Positions 41,392-48,546 of a DNA stretch of 64,000 nucleotides are shown here, in pieces (the stretch's first letter is position 1; each line of letters starts with the position of its first letter). The translations under genes were made by a program, and so were the position numbers. The notes under the pieces are model-generated. The model saw only the letters and a program-made list of their open reading frames with translations. It searched no databases and was not told the origin of the DNA. Source of the DNA: Clostridia bacterium (GTDB lineage Bacteria > Bacillota > Clostridia > Christensenellales > UBA1242); NCBI GenBank assembly GCA_045635805.1, contig JAZTWI010000011.1, positions 3,905-67,904 on the forward strand, given 5' to 3'.

Positions 41392-42063
41392 ATGGAATTA
41401 AAAAGTTACGAAGCATATGGCCTAACACTAGCCCTTGCAGGTAATATGGAAGGCGTTAGCGTTACTAGAGTATCTATACCAATAGTGGGCAAATCAATGT
41501 ACGCTATATCATCAGAAGATGGCAAAGTAGATATATCTATCAATCCAGAAGAACAAGAAGAATATATGGATACATTTAGAGATGGAATTGCCCAACTCTA
41601 TAATTATTCGCACAGAGAGAAAACATCTCCTGAGAAATTAGAAACAGATAGAGTGCTTGAGATGAGAACGGTAGATGTACTCAATCAAAATAAATACCAT
41701 ATAGCAGACTATGCCCCTAATCCACCAATGAGACTAAGGGGTACATATACGAGTTACTTAGATATGTTTAAAAGGACAGAATTTGCTAGTCCTGACTTTG
41801 CAATGATGCACACAGCAGTAACTCTATCTGCTAGTCTATACCACGACTTAAATACCACAACTATTAGTGAAATGCTAAAGGCACTCAAGTCCAACCGTGA
41901 GTCGGTAGAAGATTATATGGAGATGGGTGACGAACTAATGGAACTACAGTCCCTAGTAGATAATGGTATGGCAGGAGATATTTACGAAGCCTTCCGTATT
42001 CTACACCAAGACGAAATAATGGAAGATGATGAAGACGAAAACACCCCTGGCAATGGCAAATAA
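41392..42063 (+). CDS. Orphan 223-aa acidic cytoplasmic protein, unknown function
   Basis: A long ORF with host-like codon usage, a strong promoter and its own terminator. I recognise no motif. The RBS spacing is ambiguous. Confidence 0.55.
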   Translation: MELKSYEAYGLTLALAGNMEGVSVTRVSIPIVGKSMYAISSEDGKVDISINPEEQEEYMDTFRDGIAQLYNYSHREKTSPEKLETDRVLEMRTVDVLNQNKYHIADYAPNPPMRLRGTYTSYLDMFKRTEFASPDFAMMHTAVTLSASLYHDLNTTTISEMLKALKSNRESVEDYMEMGDELMELQSLVDNGMAGDIYEAFRILHQDEIMEDDEDENTPGNGK

Positions 42064-42064
42064 A

Positions 42065-42093
42065 AGAAGTCTATTTATAAGACTTCTTTTTTT
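42065..42093 (+). terminator. Intrinsic terminator
   Basis: AGAAGTCT-atttata-AGACTTCT followed by T7. Confidence 0.75.
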
Positions 42094-42190
42094 CGACTTT
42101 TTTCGACTTTTATATAAAATTTATGGCTATATTGCGATACTCAAACTCTAATATTTGTTTTGTTGTAGAATTCGACTTTTTTCGACCTTT
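42092..42190. repeat. Four copies of a 10-bp unit TTCGAC(T/C)TTT, in two tandem pairs
   Basis: Copies lie at 42092-42101, 42102-42111, 42171-42180 and 42181-42190. The fourth copy has one substitution. Confidence 0.8.
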
Positions 42191-42370
42191 TGGGGTAAAT
42201 AATGGCTAGTTTTCGTTGTGGCTAAGTCGTATTTTAATGACACATATCTAGTTATTTTCTGACAAGAAGTGAAAAAATAATGACAACTTTTAAGACTTAC
42301 GCCCTAAAAACAAAAATAAAAAAGCACCCCATTTTGAGTGCTTTCTTTACCTATACTTTTAAATTAAAAA

Positions 42371-42580
42371 TTAACCTAAGTATCTAGAAAAAGTATCGTA
42401 CGATGTTCTCTCGTCTATATCTCTGGTCCATTCTAAATTGTCTAATTTTGATTCAAGTAATTCGACCAAGAACTCTTTCTGAAGGTAATCACTAGAGCTA
42501 AAGTCTGCGTCCATTCTGGCTTCTCTAGCACGGAATAATTCTTCTCTAGTGTTTGCTATCATAAGAGATATCTCTTCCAC
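42371..42580 (-). CDS. Orphan 69-aa acidic helical protein (GTG start)
   Basis: AAAGGAG lies 9 nt upstream of the GTG. A TTGTAT-17-TGaTATAAT promoter lies upstream and a hairpin terminator (about 42318-42350) downstream. Confidence 0.45.
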   Translation of the reverse strand: MEEISLMIANTREELFRAREARMDADFSSSDYLQKEFLVELLESKLDNLEWTRDIDERTSYDTFSRYLG

Positions 42581-42800
42581 GATTACAAACTCCTTTCGGG
42601 GTCTCCCATGCAGATAAGTAAAGTGTATTTTTATCTTAACCCCTACACATATATTATATCATATTACATCACAAAATACAAGTATTTTGTCCTTTTATTA
42701 TAGCATATGAAAATATATAAAAAATTGCTACAATTAGCCATTATTTTAGGGTGAAAAACTACATAAAAAATAAAAAATAAAAAAACATTAAGTCCAATGC

Positions 42801-42837
42801 AAAAAAGAGTATAGAAAATTTTCCTATACTCTTTTTA
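42801..42837. terminator. Bidirectional terminator downstream of the beta-helix lipoprotein gene
   Basis: aaaaaAGAGTATAGaaaattttcCTATACTCTtttt. Confidence 0.7.
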
Positions 42838-42845
42838 CAAAATAA

Positions 42846-44039
42846 TTATGCTTTTGTTACATTATTTCCAACAGCAATAGCATTACCATCATAAGAATTA
42901 CCTTCAATGGTAACTGTTGAACTATTAGTATTTGTTGCCTTAATAACTTCACTATTAGCCTCTGTATTGTTTGCACTTGATAAAATATTATTTCTAATTG
43001 TCAACACTGTAGTATCATCAAACGAATCTAAACGCATTGAACGGCTTCCTGTATTAGATATAGTATTGCCTTCGATTAAAATTGTGCCAAGATTCTTTGT
43101 ATATACGCTAGAATTTTCTGCAGAACGCTCTGAAGAAATATTTACACCATTGAAGCCTGTTCCATTAATAACATTATTACGAATAGTTGCGCCTTGCACA
43201 TTTTGAAGATAAATGGCACTATCATCTGTTTCAGTAAAGACATTTCCTTCAATAGTAATATTTTTTACATAATAAGTTTTGCTTAAACCACTTGTTGTTT
43301 CACTTACATAATCACCTGTTGCATCTCCACTAATGTCTGATGGCAATACAATAATGTTCGCTCCGTCAACAAAATTACAACCGGTTATTGTTAGGTCTTC
43401 TATAATACCATTGTGAACAAAAACACCATCGGTAAATTTAATTTGCTCAAATGTCCAACCTTTTCCAAGAACTTGTTGTGGAGCAACAGGTGTTCCCCAA
43501 TGGTAATCATCACCACTAGAGATAACAACTCCATTAACATTAGTACCATTTACTCCAACTACCCTTATATTATCTACAAAAGTTGTTCCCCTAAGTTCAA
43601 TTGAAGAATAATCTCCAGCAGATAAAACAACTATTGAATTTTCTGCTGCTGAATTTAATTTGCTTAACACATCATTTGTATTTGCTATAACATAATTTGT
43701 AAGTTCAGTTTTTACACTATCTCCATGTGCACAAGTCTCAACCTTGTACGCCTTTGTTCCTTCAATAGCATAAGTATATTGACCACTTAAATCATGTCCA
43801 GATGCTGTAAGCACCCAACTATCTTTCGCTATCTCTGTTTTACCTTCTGCATCTGAGAAATATTTATCGCAACCTGTACAATCATAATATTCGCTATTTC
43901 CTGTATTTTCGCAAGTAACTGCTGTAGCAGTTATTTTCTCTAGTGTGTGTTTATGTGGTTCTTCTCCACAGCCTGTCATCATAAATATACTAGCAACCCC
44001 TACAGGTACTGCTAGTAGCAGACTCTTCCATTTCTTCAT
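42846..44039 (-). CDS. Surface lipoprotein with right-handed parallel beta-helix (PbH1-type) repeats
   Basis: The lipobox is IFMMTGC. Repeated turns include ITIEGNVFTE, ATIRNNVINGTGFNGVNISS, ILIEGNTISNTGSRSMRL, LTIRNNILSS and VTIEGNSYDGN. Codon usage differs from that of the neighbouring genes. Confidence 0.7.
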   Translation of the reverse strand: MKKWKSLLLAVPVGVASIFMMTGCGEEPHKHTLEKITATAVTCENTGNSEYYDCTGCDKYFSDAEGKTEIAKDSWVLTASGHDLSGQYTYAIEGTKAYKVETCAHGDSVKTELTNYVIANTNDVLSKLNSAAENSIVVLSAGDYSSIELRGTTFVDNIRVVGVNGTNVNGVVISSGDDYHWGTPVAPQQVLGKGWTFEQIKFTDGVFVHNGIIEDLTITGCNFVDGANIIVLPSDISGDATGDYVSETTSGLSKTYYVKNITIEGNVFTETDDSAIYLQNVQGATIRNNVINGTGFNGVNISSERSAENSSVYTKNLGTILIEGNTISNTGSRSMRLDSFDDTTVLTIRNNILSSANNTEANSEVIKATNTNSSTVTIEGNSYDGNAIAVGNNVTKA

Positions 44040-44078
44040 ATTTATCTCCTTTTTATTTTAATAATACTATTATACCCC

Positions 44079-44109
44079 CCCCCCGAACAGAATTGTCAAA
44101 CCTATTATA
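44079..44109 (-). promoter_or_regulatory. Promoter with a G10 homopolymer in the -35/-10 spacer
   Basis: The minus strand reads TTGACA (44109-44104), attctgttc, G10 (44094-44085), then TATAAT (44084-44079). The spacer is 19 nt. An AAGGAG RBS and the ATG at 44039 follow. Confidence 0.7.
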
Positions 44110-44173
44110 TAAACTAAATAATACATAATATGCTTTATGGGGTGGGGTATGTTTATTTTAACTAAATAACAAT

Positions 44174-44216
44174 AAAAAACCACACAAAAGAACTTCTTTT
44201 ACTGTTGTGTGGTTTA
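44174..44216 (-). terminator. Terminator downstream of the 44238 gene
   Basis: AACCACACAA...TTGTGTGGTT stem with a T-run on the minus strand. Confidence 0.6.
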
Positions 44217-44237
44217 AAACTATTTTATCTATTTTAT

Positions 44238-44774
44238 TTATTTACCTACTGCCTTTAGGTATAGGACAGGAATAGCAATTAGAGCACCAACTAGTGCAAG
44301 GCTTAGGAGCATTGTAATTAGTCCGATTGCATTGTCTAGAGCTGGGGATTTTTTTGTTGTTTCTTCTATAGACGTGGTCTCCATAGACTCTCCTGCCACC
44401 ATCTCTTCTTTTTCTTCCACAGACTCTTTTTTATCTAACTTTCTATTCTCTCTTTTTATCTTTCTAGCACTAGCAAAAGCTGCTAGAGAAGTCTTTGATA
44501 AAAAGCCAAAACTATGTATGCCTATGTACGCAGTAACAGGTATACTAATAATCAGTACTAGTAGTCTTTGCCCTTCAAAAGCACCCCTAAATATAGTCTC
44601 ACAGATAATCAATTCACCTGCCACACTAGCAAGTGCCATTAGTGTAAATATTGTAGTAAAGAAAATCTTTCCAAAATTACTTCTGCCACCATATATTTTA
44701 CGATAACTTCTGTATCTAAATCCTACAGTTAAAATACGCCAAATCAGCCTTAAAGGTTTAAAAATCATAAACAA
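44238..44774 (-). CDS. Membrane protein, unknown function
   Basis: 178 aa with 3-4 hydrophobic helices and a central acidic loop. Confidence 0.5.
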   Translation of the reverse strand: MFMIFKPLRLIWRILTVGFRYRSYRKIYGGRSNFGKIFFTTIFTLMALASVAGELIICETIFRGAFEGQRLLVLIISIPVTAYIGIHSFGFLSKTSLAAFASARKIKRENRKLDKKESVEEKEEMVAGESMETTSIEETTKKSPALDNAIGLITMLLSLALVGALIAIPVLYLKAVGK

Positions 44775-44842
44775 CTCTCCAAATATTTATTACTAAGATT
44801 CTAACATAAAAAATGCTAAAACACTAATGATTTGCGTTATTT

Positions 44843-45286
44843 TTACACTTCTATAATACTATCAAAACCTTCTTCAATGCTAGGCTTCTCTAGTCTGCTA
44901 TGAAAGTCTCTAATTACACTCTCTGGAACAACTCTTGCTCTGCGATTATTTCTCAGTAAACACTCATCTAGTGGAGTATTTACAAACACCGATATTCTCT
45001 CAATACCATCTATATCTTTGAAATTTTCAAACACTCTAGCCCTTTCAAATTTATTAAGGTTAGTAGCATCAATTACTGCGTCTTTACCTTCGAGCAAACA
45101 GTCCCTTGCTCTACTATATAGGGTGCTAAAAATCAAATCTTTGTTACTCTGGTCATTTTCTTCACCAAGCAATTCTCCACGTATCTTATCACTAGAAAAA
45201 ATAGTGGCACTCTTAGATAACACCCTTTCTGCATAGGTAGACTTTCCACTACCCGGAACACCAACCATAATATATAACTTTGGCAT
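44843..45286 (-). CDS. P-loop kinase-like ATPase (AAA_33 / polynucleotide-kinase-like)
   Basis: Walker A motif MVGVPGSGKST. The start was set at the ATG at 45286, after AGGAGA. The ORF-track start would overlap the upstream gene. Confidence 0.6.
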   Translation of the reverse strand: MPKLYIMVGVPGSGKSTYAERVLSKSATIFSSDKIRGELLGEENDQSNKDLIFSTLYSRARDCLLEGKDAVIDATNLNKFERARVFENFKDIDGIERISVFVNTPLDECLLRNNRRARVVPESVIRDFHSRLEKPSIEEGFDSIIEV

Positions 45287-45299
45287 ATATTTTCTCCTA

Positions 45300-46067
45300 T
45301 TATTTATTATATAGGTCACTAGTAATATAGTCTACATTGTATGCTTTCATTAGATTATTATTAAAACTATCGTTAACTGTCCAAGTACCTACTTTTAAAT
45401 CGTTTTTATGTACCTTATCTACATCATTTTTATTTAAAATCTTATAACTAACTGATGGGTTGATTTTGTTTCTAATACAGAAGTCGATTGCTGAGCCTTT
45501 ATTCTCTCCTATTAGGTAGTGAAGTTCGACACTTGACTGCTCTTTTATCTTAAGTAGATTTTCGCTAGAAAAAGATATTATGACACACTTATCAATGTCG
45601 TAATAAGTATCTATTTCTTCGAGTAGTCTAGTAACGTCTTCGCTACTAAAGAGAGACTTTAATTCAATAATAGAAACCAAATCTAATTCTTTGCAAATCT
45701 CCAAGTATCTACTAAGACTACATAGACTATATCCATCACCTATAGTTTTACTAATTAGTACGTCATAAGCAGTATTTTCTACATTTAGAGTTTCGCCATT
45801 ATCAAATCTGGCAGTCTCATCGTGATTAAGAATAAACTTATCGTCGGATGTGATTCTAACGTCACACTCTACACCCCAGAACTCTGTGGAATTATAGAAG
45901 GCTTCTTCGGTATTATCATAGTATCCGTGCCCACGATGTGCTATGTACTTAGCAGTTGATTCTATCTTCATTTTACAGAAAACCACCACAAGAACAATAA
46001 TAGCAATTAGAACTACTGCTACTATAGAAATTAGAAATTTTATATGTTTGCTTAACTTGGTTTTCAT
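45300..46067 (-). CDS. Membrane-anchored glycerophosphodiester phosphodiesterase (GDPD family)
   Basis: IAHRGH...EAF...ECDVRITSDDKFILNHDET matches the GDPD catalytic pattern, and there is an N-terminal TM helix. The start is uncertain (ATG at 46067 or TTG at 46085). Confidence 0.7.
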   Translation of the reverse strand: MKTKLSKHIKFLISIVAVVLIAIIVLVVVFCKMKIESTAKYIAHRGHGYYDNTEEAFYNSTEFWGVECDVRITSDDKFILNHDETARFDNGETLNVENTAYDVLISKTIGDGYSLCSLSRYLEICKELDLVSIIELKSLFSSEDVTRLLEEIDTYYDIDKCVIISFSSENLLKIKEQSSVELHYLIGENKGSAIDFCIRNKINPSVSYKILNKNDVDKVHKNDLKVGTWTVNDSFNNNLMKAYNVDYITSDLYNK

Positions 46068-46149
46068 ATTTAAACCTGTCTCCAAAGTTAAATCTATTAT
46101 ATCACAAATATTATACCATATAACACTTAAATATCTAAGTCATTTTACT

Positions 46150-46512
46150 TATAAATAAGTAATTAATACACTGTCTCCTGGAGTAACTAGAGACTCGCCT
46201 ATGTCACCGTAGGTGGTATATCTCACGAGCAAAAATGTCTCGCATTTACTAAGCGAGTGAGTACAGTTCGAGTAGATTGCAAACTTGCAATCGGTATGTG
46301 AAACATACCACTCCTTGGGGTACAAAAAAACATCTCTAATGAGACGCTTTTTGATTGGTACTCCCAAGGGAATCGTCAATGTGACGTAAGTCATATTTGT
46401 CGACCTTACGTCGACTACACCGTAGGAGTTCGTCAAAGACAAAGTCTTTGGCAGGTGTCTACCTGCTGTCTCCTTGGGACAAAAAAAACACCCTTTCGGG
46501 TGTTATGTTTTT
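46150..46512 (-). other. Structured non-coding region with two tRNA-Glu-end-derived modules and two intrinsic terminators
   Basis: The minus strand reads: terminator 1 (CACCCgaaaGGGTG plus T8, 46481-46512), then a roughly 120-nt element closed by TCCCAAGG/CCTTGGGA and ending in GTACCA. Terminator 2 follows (46324-46354), then a second hairpin-rich element. Details are in the findings. Confidence 0.5.
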
Positions 46513-46587
46513 TGGTACTCCCAAGGAGACTCGAACTCCTGATTCCGCCGTGAGAGGGCGACGTCTTAACCGCTTGACCATGGGAGC
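46513..46587 (-). tRNA. tRNA-Glu (anticodon CUC)
   Basis: The minus strand reads GCTCCCATGGTCAAGCGGTTAAGACGTCGCCCTCTCACGGCGGAATCAGGAGTTCGAGTCTCCTTGGGAGTACCA. It has a Glu-type D arm (GGTCAAGCGGTTAAGAC), the anticodon loop CT-CTC-AC, the T arm AGGAG-TTCGAGT-CTCCT and an encoded CCA. Confidence 0.9.
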
Positions 46588-46606
46588 AGATATTTTCGAC
46601 TCTATA

Positions 46607-46635
46607 ATTATACTACAAATTCACTCTAAATGCAA
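46607..46635 (-). promoter_or_regulatory. Promoter of tRNA-Glu
   Basis: The minus strand reads TTGCAT (46635-46630), a 17-nt spacer, then TATAAT (46612-46607), about 20 nt upstream of the tRNA 5' end. Confidence 0.6.
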
Positions 46636-46956
46636 GTAGTTTTACTAATTTTTTTCTCTTCTGTGATTTTACAATGATAATATTTCTAATAACTCGCTAT
46701 ATATAGGCATAATTCAAAGATAATAAATTTGAAATTTTTTTAATAAAAAGCAGAGTTTTTATAAATTTTCGCCATATTTTTAGCAAGTTATCTCCAAATC
46801 TGACCAAAAGATATTTGCAAAAATGCGTTTACTATGTTAAACTAAATTTAGGGTATGAGACCTGCTGTCTTTTTGCGACCCATAAGCAAACTGAAAGATT
46901 ATAACTTAATCTTGCCTGTAGGACATAACCCTTTAAAACAATCAAGGAAAAACATA

Positions 46957-48003
46957 ATGAAATACCACGATTTAAAAATAGGTATCGTGGGAACGGGTAG
47001 TCTAGGACCTGTACTAGCTGTAGAACTAGCATCTAATGGCTATGATGTAGAGTTAGTATCTAGTGGCAAAGGTATATACATAGACGACTCCAAGGCTTTC
47101 CATATAATGGGCGACTTTGGAGATAAGACCTATCTAGTTCCTACAGTAAAGTCCATAAAAGACTTTACATCTAAAAAAGACTTCATTATTCTAGCGACCA
47201 AGGCATTTCAAACAGTTAAGATTGTAGACCAAGCGCTTGAGCATCTGACACCTGTTGGAGCGATAGTTACTGTACAAAATGTATTTTCGTTAGATAGAAT
47301 ATTTAAGTTAATTCCCCCAGAGAAATCCATCTGTCTATACTTAGACATTTTCACTTCGTCTAGACCTTATGGCAGAATGGTTGTAGACTCCGGTGGTATT
47401 ACTATGGGCGTATACGACAAAGACGTATTCCCTATGATGCAGGTCTTTGAGAAAATTATGAGAGAAGTGTGTAATACGCACATAACTAGTAATGTCTGGG
47501 GCTATCTACTTAGTAGAAACATTATGAATGCCACTATTTCGGCTCTAGGCGCCATTTCTGGGCTACCACTAGGTGAAATACTAGGCAGTTACAATGGAAA
47601 GTACCTATTCAACAGACTGATTGAAGAAGGCTACACTCTGCTCAAGAAATTCAGAATAAAGATACTACCATATGCCGGAAAACTCGACTACGAGCTTTTC
47701 ACTGACAAGAGTTTCAAAGGCAGACTATATAATCATAAAATGACTAAGATTATGAGAAAGAATAACCCTAATGTAAGGTCATCAATTCTCTACGACCTAG
47801 AACAAGGTAGACAAACAGAGATTGAGTATGTAATGGGAAGTTTCATAAAGTATGGCGATAGACTAAAATTCAAAATCCCATACACTAGAGCAATATATAA
47901 GATGATTAAAGAGATTGAGAGTGGAATGAGAAGAATCACGCCAGATGCTTTCTACGACCCAATGCTCGTAAACATTGACAAAAGGAAGGTATATAAGAAA
48001 TGA
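46957..48003 (+). CDS. Ketopantoate reductase (PanE/ApbA) family oxidoreductase
   Basis: The start was set at the ATG at 46957. The N-terminal Rossmann motif is KIGIVGTGSLGPVLAVELASNGYDV. The C-terminal region contains SSILYDLEQGRQTEIEY, typical of the ApbA_C domain. Confidence 0.7.
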   Translation: MKYHDLKIGIVGTGSLGPVLAVELASNGYDVELVSSGKGIYIDDSKAFHIMGDFGDKTYLVPTVKSIKDFTSKKDFIILATKAFQTVKIVDQALEHLTPVGAIVTVQNVFSLDRIFKLIPPEKSICLYLDIFTSSRPYGRMVVDSGGITMGVYDKDVFPMMQVFEKIMREVCNTHITSNVWGYLLSRNIMNATISALGAISGLPLGEILGSYNGKYLFNRLIEEGYTLLKKFRIKILPYAGKLDYELFTDKSFKGRLYNHKMTKIMRKNNPNVRSSILYDLEQGRQTEIEYVMGSFIKYGDRLKFKIPYTRAIYKMIKEIESGMRRITPDAFYDPMLVNIDKRKVYKK

Positions 48004-48422
48004 TAATAGACGAAATCAAACAAGCCAATATACAGGCTATGAAGGACAAAGACGCTCTAGCTAGAGCAATATATAGTGTAATTATGAATAAGCACCTAAT
48101 GGCGACTGTAGACTCTAGAACTAATGGTAAAGAAGTAGAAGACGCAGATATGGTTAGAATTATTCAAAAGACTATCAAAGAACTAGAAGAAGAGAGAGAC
48201 AATTACTCTAAGGTTGGTAACGCAGAAGAAGTTAAAAATATTGAGTATCAAAAATCTTTAATTGAGAAATACTTACCACAACTACTTAGCGAAGAAGAAA
48301 TCAAGACAATTATACTAGGTCTTGACGACAAAACCGTTCCTAGTGTAATGAGACACTTCAAGACTAACTACAATGGCAAATGCGATATGAAAGTAGTTAG
48401 CAATGTCCTAAAGACATTATAA
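48000..48422 (+). CDS. yqeY: GatB/YqeY-domain protein
   Basis: 140 aa. IKQANIQAMKDKD...EEVKNIEYQKSLIEKYLPQ follows the YqeY pattern. It overlaps the upstream stop by 4 nt. Confidence 0.7.
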   Translation: MIIDEIKQANIQAMKDKDALARAIYSVIMNKHLMATVDSRTNGKEVEDADMVRIIQKTIKELEEERDNYSKVGNAEEVKNIEYQKSLIEKYLPQLLSEEEIKTIILGLDDKTVPSVMRHFKTNYNGKCDMKVVSNVLKTL

Positions 48423-48490
48423 TTTATTCGGTATAAGATATAGGTAACTATATTTTATATATATTCATTTTCCTAAAGTTTTTATACTAG

Positions 48491-48519
48491 AAAAAGCACC
48501 TAGATTTAGGTGCTTTTTC
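48491..48519. terminator. Bidirectional terminator
   Basis: aaaaaGCACCTagatttAGGTGCttttt. Confidence 0.75.
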
Positions 48520-48546
48520 CATTTGCAATAAAATATAAATTTCTCA

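Noticed and set aside
46149-46442. A 97-aa minus-strand ORF, together with the ORFs at 46397-46639 (+) and 46832-47032 (-).
   Set aside because: They overlap the tRNA gene, its terminators or hairpin-dense DNA. They lack an RBS, and their peptide sequences have no protein-like features.
46150-46480. A tmRNA (ssrA), or a second or pseudo tRNA, because of the tRNA-like ...CCTTGGGAGTACCA 3' end.
   Set aside because: There is no T-arm (no GTTCRA loop) before the acceptor-like strand. There is no GGGG...ACGGATTCGAC-type 5' region and no tag reading frame ending in ..AA-stop. I kept it as an unexplained structured region instead.
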